A stretch of 64,000 nt of DNA from Raja brachyura (Eukaryota): the NCBI GenBank assembly GCA_963514005.1, contig OY740794.1:15438001-15502000 (forward strand), in the 5' to 3' direction. The first letter of the stretch is position 1. Each line of letters begins with the position of its first letter. The notes beneath the pieces are model-generated. The model did not search any database and was not told the DNA's origin. It saw only the letters and a program-made list of their open reading frames with translations. A program made the translations under genes and the position numbers. Below, one piece after another: positions 22,461 to 35,725 of this stretch.

Positions 22461-25309
22461 TGTTTTCAATGAGTCTCTTTATATTATGAATAGAAAATTA
22501 TTTGCTAAAAGTCCCTTTCTCAATCGAATTCATCATTTTTTGAGGCATTTCTGATTTATGTGTTAGAATATAAAGACAAGTTCAAGAAATAACAATTGTC
22601 TATAACTTGTGGTGAGATATAAAGATTCAATAAATATTTCCTTTTTATCTCATTGGAAATAAGTTGTTTCAAATTTCTTACCAACAACAAAATATTATGA
22701 TTTTGCATTTCTATTTGAAGATTGTTATTAATAGTTCTATTGTGAAAAGATACAGGTAATTCTGTGATCAATGTGTTCTGAAGAAATCTCATGTAGAAAA
22801 TCGCATTAGTAGAACAATTGTGTCAATGGGTAAAAAGGGATTAGGGGCTAGAGAGAATTTCGGATGTACAATAACAAAGCATTTTTCCACCCGCAGGATT
22901 TAAAAAAATAATAGTATTTTTAATAGCTTTCAATTTATATATTTGTTACTACAAGCTAAAATTGCTGATGACTGTTTAATACATTGTTTAATAGAGTATC
23001 ATTGCACAAATGTCAATGGAAGTGATTGCTTATTAATTTCAATGGTTATCTGTGGTGAAACTGACAGATTGTGTTTTTAAAAACCAATGGTGCCTGATTA
23101 CTGTAGGGAAGCTACATGGAAACATACTTTTTCCCAAGACTGTTTTAATTTGGAAGACAGCTTTTTTTCTGCTTGCCAATTTCCAAAGTAACTTTCAAGT
23201 AGTTCTCTCATTTCCCATCAAAATCGCATTTCAACCAGTTCAGCTTTTGTAATACAAATAGTGTTCCCTAATTCATCAATTACGTCATATGGAAAAACAT
23301 ATGTTGTTAGTGCTTTGGCAGACAGATGTTAAATATCCAAATAGTTACCAAACTTGTGCATTTTATATACAGCCAGTGTTATTTATTGTATGTCTTTTCA
23401 TTATACCTGAATTTAATTGAACTGTTAACATTTTTACAGCAAGTTAAAATCACAAATTATAACAGTAAAATACATTGTTTTATTATAGTAAGTTAAAGAC
23501 AAGTTGACCTGAAATTATGCTGAGCATTTGATATCAACTATATTTGTATTACACTTTCCCTTACATCAACAGAGATATTGTGCACAATAGATCCCTGTGC
23601 ACCATGCACTGGATCGAAACTGTCCGTTCATCCAGAACTCTCAATAGCAAGGGGAGGTGAAATTTTCATCTCATCCATTGGAGTTGAATTCAGATCAGGG
23701 TCCATGGAAGCCATTATGACTCCAAATCACTTTAAACCTGCATTAACATCTCAACTAGTACACAAAGCAGTTTTGATCTTGGTTATATTAATTGTCCAAA
23801 GACATGTTACCGTATATGCTGCGGTATTAGTGTTATGATAGCATCCACCTGAAATAATGAAGGATTGTCAATTTTTGATTTAAAATAACATGTTTCTATA
23901 GACGGACCAGGTAGCAGTCAACCATTACATCCAGATTTGTGAACCATTGTCAAATTTAGGATGGATACACAAACTTTGAATGGTTTGTCTACCATGTTGG
24001 GTCCCACCTAGCTAATGTGTGTTCTGCATTAACACAGCACAATTATAAAGATGAAATCAAAGAATTTTCCTTTTTCATAGTAGAAAATGTTTGATAATTT
24101 CAGCATGCTGATGTGCTCCTGTGTTTCTTTTTTACAAGTCTCAAGTAAAGATGGTTGAAAATTCCTGTATATTTTGATAGACCGATACAGTTCTTGTGAA
24201 ATGCATTAAACATGGACTGAATAACCTAGTAGAGAAGTAATTAAATGAACCATATAATTGTCAGGCTGCTCTCCATCCCTGCTGATGATTTTTCACCCAC
24301 TTGTTCTAACTGGCAGAAAATCATTTGCAGGAAGCATAGACACAATATAATCCAGCCCCTGCTTATATAAGAATCACCAGGTCGTACTACGCGAGTTGGT
24401 ATGAAGGACTAAGTCAAGTATACAATCTATTCCTCCTAAATAAATATTCTGGTAACAAATAACAGCCTCTTTGGGCATTTTGACAGCACCTCAAGAATAA
24501 TGCAAGTCAAGTTTATTAATACCCAAAGCACCTTGAGTGAAGCCCCGTGAAGAAAAAGGCCAACTTATTAGTTGATGATAACCTTCCTCTAAATTGGCAA
24601 AGTGTATTGTTTAGGTGTTTGGAATGTTTTATTTTTACACAACAATATACTTACAATAGTTTCTCATTAATCAGTTGCATTAACAGGATGATGTAGTCAC
24701 AGAACAGTTCACAGACTTACAGCGGGAATTTTAACAGTACCGTGTGGGTTTGCGAAGACTGTTAAGATCAGTGAACTGTCAAATGCTGCCGTTTGGATTT
24801 AACTCAGACATGCTTCAATATCTGTGTTTAACTCTCTCTGGAGAGATGGGTTACTACATAGAATACTTAAATAAGACAATTCCAGTGAGATTTTCATCAG
24901 GATTTAAATTTAACAAGACATGCATGAATTTCCCAGATTTCCAGAAACTTGACAGAGGACTAAAGAGCAGTTTGTGGCTCTCACTGAAAATCCCATTTCA
25001 ACAGGGTATTACTATTGCTGACCCCACAGCTGCTCTCAAGCCTTCCACTGGGGAAGGGGTTTGATTTGGATTGAGAGGTTAATTTGTGCGCTTCAGAACT
25101 AAGAGACTTTTCATAATAGGCAAAGTTGAGGTAACTACAGTTGGGCTTTTTGGTGTAATAATTCTAATAAGCATATTTTGGAAAACCTTCAGAGAGAATT
25201 GAGGTTGCTGGAGACAATGCCCATATAATGGGATGTAGAGGCAAAGGCACTGCTTTCTTGACCTCAAAAGTAGTAATGTTTGTAGACACTCAGCTGTCAC
25301 ATCACATGA

Positions 25310-26250
25310 GACACAGGAGATGGTGAATGGTGGAATAAATAGTTGGAAGAAACCTATCGACTCAAGCAGCATTTGTGGAGGCAAAGCGAGGGTCGATGAT
25401 TTGGATCACGACCCTGTACCAGGACTGAGAGGAGAGAAGGAAGATTGTCAACATATTAGAAGTGATAGAAGTGACAAGGAAGGTGAAACACAGGCTAGGA
25501 GGTGATGGGTAAAGCCAGATTTTTTGGGGGTGTGAGTGGGAGAATGTTTGGCAAATGGTTCCTGTTGGGGCAGGGCAGGGCAGGGGAGAAGGTAGAGATG
25601 GAGGTTGGTAGGTGCGGTAGCAGCAGGTAAGGGATGGATGATGGGCAGATGAAACCAAATGTGGAGGAGGTATGAAAAATGAATGAATGGGGGAATAAAT
25701 ACAGATAGGTAGCTGGGTATGTGGATGATAGGCAGATAGAACAGGTAGGGGGTGGGGGTGAATCCACGAAGGGTTGTGACAGAAATTGTTAATAAAGGAA
25801 GAGAGATGCTGAGTGATTCATTTTGAATGGGAAAGAAATGCAGGAGGTGTGGGGTACATGAAATGGGGAAATTCAATCTTCATACCTTTGGGTTGCAGGC
25901 TCCTGAAACAGAACACAAAGTGCTGTTCTTCTAGCTTGCATTTGAGCTCAGTGTGGCAGAGAAGGCTGAGGTCAGAAAGGTTGGTGTTGGACTGGGAAGG
26001 AGAATTGAGACGACGTGCAACTGGAAACTCAAAGATAGCCACTGCAGGCCGCTCGCAAGTGCTCAGCAAAGTAGTCACCTAGTCTAGGCTTGATCTCTCC
26101 AATATAGTGGGGGCCACATCTTGACCACAGACTGCAATAGATCATGTTGGAGGATGTGCTTGTGAACCTCAGCCTCACCTAAAAGGCTGTTAGGTCCCTG
26201 GATAACGGTGATAGAGGAGGCACAGGGTCAAGTGTTGCAGGGAGTATACC
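25310..26250 (-). mobile_element. Degenerate Penelope-like element
   Basis: PVARRLNSPSQSNTNLSDLSLL...KLEEQHFVFCFRSLQPKGMKIEF is the GIY-YIG C-terminus, as at 54594-54845. Confidence 0.7.
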
Positions 26251-28596
26251 CTGCAGTATTGGTATATCTTTGCATCCTTATAAAATATAATCTGTGCCTT
26301 GTAAAATCTTGTTTGCCGCATATTACCAATGCCTGTCCTTGACTAATTTGCCTGTGGGTCCCTGCAGAAAGCTGGCGGAGACATTCCCAGGATATTCCCA
26401 TTGACTGTATGTAAGTACCTGAGATAGATCACTGATGGATAGATAGCCAGGGTAGGCAGCTGTGTGGATGATGCCCCGGCCAGAGCAGATAGAGACACAA
26501 GAAATTGCAGATTCTGGAATCCTGAGCAAAACACCAAGTACTGGAGGAAATCAGCGGGTCAGGCAGCATCTGTGGAGGGAATGAACTGGTGACGTTTTGG
26601 ATCGGGTCCCTGCTTCAGATTGATGTAGGTTGCTGCTCAGTTTTCCATTTCTGGGTAGATTTCCACAGCTGCATGCTGGCATTGGCTCCACGCAAGCATT
26701 CTCATTACCCTCTGTACGTGTTGAATCCATTACAGTCCACCTCTATTTACATCAATATGTGCCAGGTTTCTAGAGTGCTGCCATGATCCTTTTTTCCTGT
26801 TGTATTTGATGCTTCCGCGCCTATTCCCGTCACCAGCTGGCTAAGGATCCCCGCCCGCCCGGACCAGGTTGTCGTTCCCAGGAGTCTGGTACATGAAGCC
26901 AAAGAGCACGCAAATGATTAGCTATCAAATACGGCCCTGTATACGATTGCCGTACCCCTGATGTCCTTGGGGTGCCCTTCGGCATTGACCAGGAGGAGTC
27001 CCTCAAGTGACAATGATGCACTGTGAGAGTTGGAGACATAGAAGGAACAATGTGTGGATCACAAAGTCCTCAGCTGTTGTACCCCTCAAAGAAGAGGAGA
27101 GGTCACAGGACAAGGATGGCACTGTTTAGCCGTAGCTTCCAAACAATTCCTGAGGTGGAGCTCCCAGGAATACTCACATCAGAGATTATTAATGTCTGCT
27201 ACAAACATTAAGGCTCACAGCAGTGTTCTCTGTGGTCACCAGCATCCATTCACAGAAATAACTCCATCGTCAATCTCTGCCTCCTATTACCAAGCCAATT
27301 TTGGATCCGATGTGCCGACTTATCTTGGATGCCATGGGCTCTGACCTTTTGGATCAGTTTTCCATCTGAACTTTGTCAAAGGTCGTAGTAACATCTCACT
27401 TGAATCTGTTGCACTGAGGAAACATATTTGTCTCAAACATCTAGATGCAAACCTGTGTTAACCCTTCCTTTTCCTGCAGCTGTCATGTACAGTTTCACAT
27501 GAGGTGGGGCAGGCAGCTCAGACCCCCTCGCTGCCAAGATGCTCTTGCTCGTTAACCTTTAGATGACGGAGGCAGCAAAGGCCTCACCAAGGACTCAACC
27601 CCATCCATGCAGACAGAACTCTGTCTCTGGGGGAGAGGGAAGTATGTTGTATCGACAAAGCGGAGTGGGAGAGGAGTGGAATGGCTTTGTGTAGAGCTCC
27701 TATTTCCATGGTCCTTTTGCATTGATCTTGCTCACGGGCCAGTCCCAAGCTGTAAGGCCACAGTCATGGCTAGGACTACCAAATGCGTATGGACATAGCA
27801 AACGAAAGGTGCTGAAGCAAACTATTTAATCCAATGTGTCCAACCCAGCTGGAAAAGTGTATCCCGAGTAATGTTACAGCAAGGTGCTCATCTAACTACG
27901 TTTTAAGCATGCTGAAGCGTTCTGTTTCCTCGGTCTCTAACATGTACTGATGTTCATGTCTCGACATGCCTTGGTTGATGCTGCATGCAGTTGTCTGATA
28001 TATCTATGAAAGGGCTCATACTTGTAATGTGCCATTGCCTATGTGCTCACCCTGGACTCTTTCAACTTCTCTGCATTCATTGACCGTCAATATGGATTGC
28101 CAACCCTATCATTCTGATATTCTGCTGCCCTCCATTCTGATATCCTGCTGCTATCCTTTCATCAATAGGACTTGGGATTCAGTATCAGAAACTAGTTGTG
28201 CAAAACTTGCAGAAGATTGTGGCTCTAATGTGGATTCCTCTATTTGCGGATGTTACTGTCTGCTTGTGTGAAATGCAAGTGATCAGATGACATCCCGACT
28301 TACTACCTAGCTGGCTGCACCAAGACGTGACCACACTGGGCCTTGGTGACAAACCCCCCTCAGAAGGAACCTGTTCCTCTGACGATTCATCACCAGGGGA
28401 TCTACTAATTGCTGTGATGGGCCTGGCAGAGAGAAGAGATAGTAATTAATGATAATGTACAAATGACATGGTACATATGACGATGATTGTATTTCATTCA
28501 CTGCTGAAAATTAACTGGGCAGTTGCCAATTCTTTCACCAGTTTACCATGAGGCCAAGCTCTTTCCATCTTTAATACCAATGATGTTGGAACATGA

Positions 28597-28720
28597 CTGA
28601 AGAAGGACCTCGTCCTGAAATATCACCTATTCCTTTTCTCCAGAGATGCTGCCTGACCTACCAAGTTACTCCAGCATTTTGTGTCTATCTTAAACCAGCA
28701 CCTGCAGTTCCTTCCTACAC
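28597..28720 (+). mobile_element. Penelope-like terminal fragment beginning with a hammerhead-like core (28597-28624)
   Basis: CTGAAGA-AGGAC-CTC-GTCCT-GAAA-TATC followed by the pLTR sequence CTCCAGAGATGCTGCCTGACC...TTACTCCAGCATTTTGTGTCTA. Confidence 0.65.
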
Positions 28721-29318
28721 AGGACTAATTGCTTCCTGTTTGGTAGTAATCAACAAGGAATTGGTAAATCTTCTTCCAGGATCATTTGTATTCTGTACTC
28801 TCCTGTATCAGAGGTAACCAATGACAGTAACAGACTGAGTTCACCTAAAAAGCGGTTCGCATTTGGTGGTGAAAACTAGGAGGAAATCAATAAAATCACA
28901 CAAAATACCCCAGAAGAATGTGACCATAATGGATGGATAGACAAACCCATCCACCAAGGACACGCACATCTTTTTGTGATTTTGTTGTCATGCAGAATAG
29001 TGCACAAAAAACTAATGAGGCATAACACTTAGAAGTTATGAATTCTTCTGAAGGAGTGTGCTAAAAATAAGAATAGTGTAGGGAGCAGAATACTCTGCCC
29101 ACCAGGCTGCAGATGGATATATACATTTCCTGAGCTGAATTGATGATTAACACACATCCTGCATTGAAGCACAATTGATAGGATTGGAGCACAATGCGGC
29201 TGTAACTTCAATGGCCACTACCAGCAACAACTTCATTATTGCAGGATGGTCATTCTGCCCAAACGGCTACGACTGCCCAAATCCATTACAAAACATAGCT
29301 GGTGCATTCAACAACTTA

Positions 29319-29533
29319 AGGGCCTGTCCCACTCTCACAACCTAATTCACGACCTTTTTTACTCGTGGACATTTTTCACCCTGCTAGAAAAACGCCCTGA
29401 CCTACTTGATCCCACGAGTACCTACGACTAGCATCGCGGCCTGCTCCGACCTACCTACGACCTTGTGACGACCATGCTGCGAGGATGAGTCAAGCGCAAA
29501 CTCGGCAGAGGTCGTGAAAGTGGGACAGGCTCT
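29319..29533. mobile_element. MITE family B (AGGGCCTGTCCCAC TIR), probably within the col4a4 3' UTR
   Basis: AGGGCCTGTCCCACTCTCACAACCT ... AGGTCGTGAAAGTGGGACAGGCTCT; TTA/TAA flanks. Confidence 0.8.
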
Positions 29534-30191
29534 TAATGCTTCCTTCAACTTCCATCCTTGGAAAATGTTACAGTTGAGATTGTTCTATTCAGATCCACAC
29601 AATCCTTCCAGTAGTGTATATAATATTCTGCCCAGAAGACGTATCATTAACAACTGGTCCAGTCAGACCACAACACTCAGATATGCACTCAATTTCAAAT
29701 TGAGTGCTATCCACTCAAACCCTATTCAAACATGCCTGAGTTATTCCTGGGGCTATTGATTCTAATTGCGATATATTATAATAAGTTTTAAAATGCCCAG
29801 TGGTGAATGTTCTGTGGATATTTCTCATCATCTTAGTTTCACAACTTTCTGCTAAGACCAGGTGGCAGAAAATAACTCAACATTTAAAAAAATAATTTTA
29901 CATATCCATAAGTTAAATTGCACTGATGAGGTCAATAAGCAGCTGTACATGTCATATAAAATTTAATTTCCATAGTTTCTACTTGTAATGTATTGATTAT
30001 CATAAGCATGCTCGTGCCAGTGTAATTTCTACATAGTCCTGACATATATCTGTAATCAGATGTAGTTGAAGGTGAACTTAGAAAGAAATTAAATAAGCAC
30101 CATTAAACATTAGGCATGAATTGCCGTCTTCCTTTTTGGTAAAACATTTTACCATTTTGTTTTCTCGTGTTGAATTCCAATGCAGTTGAAA

Positions 30192-30455
30192 TCAGTTGTT
30201 TTTCAAACAAACTTGACATCTGCTGACACTTTGCCTTTGTAGTTGCTCGGTCTTCAGAGTTTCTGAAGGGGCATTTAGTCCGAACTGGTGGTTTGGTTGC
30301 ACAGTTGTCAGCCAGAAGCTGTATTTATCTGAAAAGTAGTGGCAGGTGCCACGTGCCCCTTGGCACTCGATGAATGGTGTCGTGCGGAAATCCTCGAGGC
30401 AGCTCCCAGGTGATGTTAGAGACTGACCCCCACCTTCTGCACCAGATCCAGTAAG
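30192..30455 (-). CDS. col4a4: Collagen IV alpha-4 terminal coding exon (264 nt including TGA)
   Basis: cttgtag|CTT ACT GGA... Encodes [87 protein letters not shown]. The spacing in ETLK-x-x-Q-x-QRQ-x-(V/I)SRC matches alpha-4. Missed by the ORF track. Confidence 0.95.
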   Translation of the reverse strand, partial: LTGSGAEGGGQSLTSPGSCLEDFRTTPFIECQGARGTCHYFSDKYSFWLTTVQPNHQFGLNAPSETLKTEQLQRQSVSRCQVCLKNN

Positions 30456-31101
30456 CTACAAGAAGGACATATACAATACTCATTTTAATGTGCGAAACCT
30501 CCATGGTTTGCCTAGCCCCGCGAAAATAACCGCAAAGATGAGCAACTGTCAAAGTTTGGTGCATTCTTCAAAAGTCAATATCAAACGGCATGCAGAAATT
30601 ATCATGAAATAACACCAGTGAATGTTGGAAATACTCAGCTGATAAAACAACATCAATGAAAAGAGAAACAGTTATTAATTCAGGCCCTTGATATTTCTAT
30701 TGAGGGTCCCGAGCCTGAAACGCTAATTCTGTTTCTCTTTCCATAGTTGAATGCTTTCTTCTCTGAGGAAATATTTCCGTACACAATACATGGCAAAGAC
30801 AACCAGCACAGATTGAGAATTAAGCATCCAGCTGAAACTGCGGCAATTGGGACTGCACCATTCCTTCATCTTTTCAATCAGCTCCAATATGCTATCCATG
30901 TACTAAAATCCTTGCTGAAAACAAATTAAATGTGATGCACTGTTCCTGTTCCTTGGTAGATGCCCTGTGGACACTGTTGAAAACAGATTCTCCTCTTTAG
31001 ATAACTTGGCTAAAACAGGCAGAATTGACTTCCTGGATGCAAGTTCCCATTTCCAGATGCCAATCAACACTGGTTTCGGAACACAGACGCGTGCAATCTT
31101 A

Positions 31102-31406
31102 AGGGCCTGTCCCACTGTACGAGGTAATTCAAGAGTTCTCCCTCGTTTCCCCTAATTTGAACTCGGAGAATTACGGTAATAGCAGTGCGTAGGTATTTGG
31201 GGCTCTCGTGGACATTTTTCACACTGTTGAAAAAACCTCAGGAGCTTCCCACATTTCCCGAGTACCTGCCGTTAGCGTTACGAGCCGCTAAGAGATGTGC
31301 CGAGCTCTGACGTACCTGAAGTACATCCTACGTGCTTACCACGAGTTTGATTTTTTTTTAAACTCGGGAGAGCTCTTGGGTAAACTCGTATATTGGGACA
31401 GGCCCT
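31102..31406. mobile_element. MITE family C (AGGGCCTGTCCCAC TIR)
   Basis: AGGGCCTGTCCCACTGTACGAG ... CTCGTATATTGGGACAGGCCCT; TTA on both flanks. Confidence 0.82.
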
Positions 31407-31597
31407 TTACCTCACTCCTGAGATTTGAAAGTAATAAGCTAAGTTGTGACCACGTACTGAGAGAGAGGTCCGTATTGAACACGGTATCTTTCACATTGGA
31501 GTCTATGACCTGTGTCCTGGTGAATACAGTGTGTATGTTAAAAATGACCAGATTGGTCATTATCAGAAGTCTTTTTTTAGGGAATAGCGGGATGGGA

Positions 31598-31729
31598 GAT
31601 TGCAACCTTCATGTGTTCCGCCCTGTTTCGACGAATGCAATCAACCTAGCATGCACAATCAAATAAGATCAAATAGAACAAGTTGTCCGACAACTTTAGG
31701 CTGCGCACGCCATATGCAAGAAGAAGAAG
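31598..31729 (+). mobile_element. Short retroposon 3' fragment with (AAG)n tail
   Basis: Ends GGCTGCGCACGCCATATGC(AAG)4; family not identifiable from the sequence alone. Confidence 0.4.
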
Positions 31730-32525
31730 TAGGTAATAGCAGGGCTAAGGTTCTGTGCTTTTACTTATCATCCAGCTGCCCTGTACAGCATTGTTCAAGT
31801 TATTATGCTGCCATTCCTGGAAAATGAAATAAAATCTGACAAAAATATATAATTATTCCATGAATAATATAATTACGGGGGTTAAATTATGTTTAACTGA
31901 AGTGACTATTCAAATACTCACGAAAAATAAATACGTGCACAAAAATCGCATCTGGTATGATTATTAATAGGTTCCAGGAATGCTGCCTGACCTGCTGAGT
32001 TACACCAGCATTTTGTGTCTTTCCTTGGTAAACCAGCATCTGCAGACCCTTGTTTTTATATTTGGTATAGTTCACTTTAAATAGGTATGTATCTATGCAC
32101 AATATGTAATTCTACTTGATTCCAATGTTGAAGTTCTTCAAATTAATTATACTTCCTTGTTTAGGAACCAGTGCTAAATTGTATGCATTATTTTTATCTC
32201 CAACGCTTGAGCAACCAATATGGAGCTGACCAGGGAAGCATTGAGCTTCAAGATTAAGGCCAACTCTCTAGCAATTTTCCTTGTGCCTTATCAATGTTCA
32301 TAGCAAAAACCAAGTTGAGAATTGGCGCCACTTGATTTGAAAAGGTAGATCAGATGAGATAATTGGTGTCTGAGGAATGAAGATATTTTTCCCAACAGCA
32401 TTAACGAGGCATTATTGCAGCCTCAGTTACACGTGGCAGCGATTTTGGAACTGATGATGGTTTACCAAGGAAAGACACAAAATGCCTGTGTAACTCTGCA
32501 GGTCAGGCTGCCTTCCTGGAACTTA

Positions 32526-33247
32526 AGGGCCTGTCTCACTGCGGGGACCTAATTTGCGAGTTTAGGAGAGTTTAAAAAAGTGTCATGGTCTTGTTGTATT
32601 GCTGAAGTAGAACCTCCTATGACCTTCTTCGAATATGTAGAGAACCTCCTACGAATATGTAGAAGACCTTCTGTGACTATGTAGACCTCCTTCGATCTCC
32701 TTCGACCTCCTTTGACTATGTTGAAGACTAGCTTCGGGAAAATTGGAGTGGAGTAGTGGAGAGTGAAGACGACCACCTTCGACTATACTAATACGATCTA
32801 GGACTACCTTCAACTACCTTCGATTACCTACGAATAACTTGCCGACCTACTCCAACCTACTTCGACTAAACCTAAGAGTAAAAAAAATCTCATCGATTTT
32901 TTTTCCATGCTGACCAATTTTTACTGGCATACAATTTTCAGCATGCGAAAAAATACTCCTCGACCAAACTGAGGCCTCGAGTATGCGGGAACTTCTCTCG
33001 AGCATGAAGGAGAGTTCCATAGATCTCCTAGGACCACATGACGACCATGCTGCGAGTTTGAGTCGAGTGTAAACTCTCGGATTTGTGTTGAGGCCTCACT
33101 GCTGTCGACGCCCCACTTCACGCGTCCGTGGTGCCGACCCGGGCCCCAGCCGCGGGCTCCATCGGCCGCATCTACCCGCGAGGCCCCGGCTGGGCCCCGA
33201 ACCGGGCTTCTACACGGCGATTAGGTCCCCGCAGTGGAATAGGCCCT
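32526..33247. mobile_element. MITE family D (related TIR) carrying a captured GC-rich fragment
   Basis: AGGGCCTGTCTCACTGCGGGGACCTAAT ... ATTAGGTCCCCGCAGTGGAATAGGCCCT; TTA on both flanks; internal CTTCGAC/CTACGA low-complexity repeats. Confidence 0.82.
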
Positions 33248-33622
33248 TTATCAATGTTCATACCGAATGTGATTTTTGTACACATATTTATTTTCTGTGT
33301 GTATGAATTGCCGGTCAAATGCCCTTGAATATTGGTTTCCAAATATAATTATTCATCATTTTCCCAAATACATGATGCTTTAATGCTAGCTTTCAATTCA
33401 TCTGCTTTACTACTTCATGGAATTACAGATAGCGTTTGACAGAAACCTCCAGCATGCACTAAAATAATACCGTTAATGTATTATTGTGTTTAAGATATTG
33501 CTATTTTGATCAAATGCTACAATAGCTGCTTTTGTGAGCATTAGGACTAGGAATACTTGATTTGGCACATGTGCCTAGGCACAGTGAGATTCTTTGCTTG
33601 CATACATAATGTAAACAAACAC

Positions 33623-34852
33623 TGGATAAGGGAGAACCAGTGGATGTGTTATATCTAGACTTTCAGAAGGCTTTCGACAAGGTCCCGCATAAGAGATTAG
33701 CATACAAACTTAAAGCACACGGTATTGGGGGTTCAGTATTGATGTGGATAGAGAACTGGCTAGCACACAGGAGGCAAAGGGTAGGAGTAAACGGGTCCTT
33801 TTCAGAATGGCAGGCAGTGACTAGTGGGGTGCCGCAAGGCTCAGTGCTGGGACCCCAGCTATTTACAATATATATTAATGATTTGGACGAGGGAATTCAA
33901 TGCAACATCTCCAAATTTGCAGATGATACCAAGCTGGGGGGTATAGTTAGGTGTGAGGAGGATGCTTGGAGGCTGCAGGGTGATTTGGATAGGCTGAGTG
34001 AATGGGCAGATGCATGGCAGATGCAGTACAATGTGGATAAATGTGAGGTTATCCACTTTGGTGGCAAAAACATGAGGGTAGACTATTATCTGAATGGTGG
34101 CAGATTAGGTAAGGGGGAGATGCAACGAGACCTGGGTGTCATGGTACACCAGTCATTGAAAGTAGGCATGCAGGTGCAGCAGGCAGTGAAGAAAGCAAAT
34201 GGTATGTTAGCATTCATAGCGAAAGGATTTGAGTATAGGAGCAGGGAGGTTCTACTGCAGTTGTACAGGGTTTTGGTGAGGCCACACCTGGAGTACTGCG
34301 TACAGTTTTGGTCTCCAAATCTGAGGAAAGACATCCTTGCCATAGAGGGGGTACAGAGAAGATTCACCAGACTGATTCCTGGGATGTCAGGACTTTCATA
34401 TGAGGAAAGATTGGATAGACTCGGTTTGTACTCGATGGAATTTAGAAGATTGAGGGGGGATCTTATAGAAACCTACAAAATTCTTAAGGGGTTGGACAAG
34501 CTAGATGCTGGAAGATTGTTCCCGATGTTGGGGGAGTCCAGAACAAGGGGTCACAGTCTAAGGATAAGGGGGAATTCCTTTAGGACCGAAATGAGGAAAA
34601 CATTCTTTACACAGAGAGTGGTGAGTCTCTGGAATTCTCTGCCACAGAAGGTAGTTGAGGCCAGTTCATTGGCTATATTTAAGAGGGCGTTAGATGTGGC
34701 ACTTGTGGCTAAAGGGATCAGGGGGTATGGAGAGAAGGCAGGTACGGGATACTGAGTTGGATGATCAGCCATGATCACATTGAATGGCGGTGCAGGCTCG
34801 AAGGGCCGAATGGCCTACTCCTGCACCTATTTTCTATGTTTCTATGTTTCTA
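33623..34852 (+). mobile_element. Young 5'-truncated CR1 LINE with an uninterrupted RT ORF (33640-34755, 371 aa)
   Basis: YLDFQKAFDKVPH, GVPQGSVLGP, FADDTKL, RPHLEYC; (TTCTATGT)n tail. Splits a GC-rich retroposon (~33560-35300). Confidence 0.95.
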
Positions 34853-35725
34853 AATAGCAGCCACCTATGGTGCTGACAAAGTTACAAAGCACGCCGGCTT
34901 CCCCTTTTTGTTCTCCCCCTCACGCCCCCCTCCCCAACGCTGGGTCCTCCATTGTTCTTCCCCTCCCCCCTCACGATGGTCCTCCAGATTCTCATCGACC
35001 ATCGACCGCAGTCGACCTACGAGGCATCGCCACCACCGCGAGGCTTCACCACCGCCGACGTCCCATCGTCCAGAGGCTTCACCACTGCCGCCGTCGAGGC
35101 CTCACTGCTGTTGATGCCCCATTTCACACGTCCGTGGTGCCGACCCGGGCCCCAGCCGCGGGCTCCATCGGCCGCATCTACCCGCGAGGCCCCGACCCGG
35201 GCTTCTACACGGCGATCCGAGAGGCAACAAGACCGCGGCGCCTCGATAAAGCCTCCGGCCGCGTTCCCCGTCCACAGCCACGGCCCGTCGGGAAGCCTTA
35301 GGCAATCATGCTATAAGTTCATGATCTTTTAGATGTCTTTCCTTTGCAATTCTCTGACCAATGATACGTTAGTGTCTCCATTTTGTAAAATGTAAAGAGA
35401 GTTTGAAAGCCAAATGTGTAGTTCCTTCCCCCACCCCTATACCCTGTGAAAATTGTTGAAGTTATGCCTGATGATGCCCTGTAGTTCCTTCCTACACATG
35501 AATGAGTGATTATTCATTTGCAGAGACGCACCATGAGAAATTTTAGATCAATAGAAATGATTTTTTTTCCAGTGACAAGGGGCAAATTCACTGTGAGTAG
35601 GCAGCGTGCTTCTGTTATCCTCTTTAATAATATCTAGAAAAAGTAGCTGCCTTGGTGGGTTCATTTTCACAACTGGTTTATAGCAATTATATAACAAACA
35701 TATATGAATTGGTTTTATGCTGATA

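Noticed and set aside
30104-30194. Possible C-terminal extension of alpha-4 NC1 beyond CQVCLK
   Set aside because: Recounting the A-run gives five A (TTG AAA AAC AAC TGA), so the protein ends CQVCLKNN* at the normal length.
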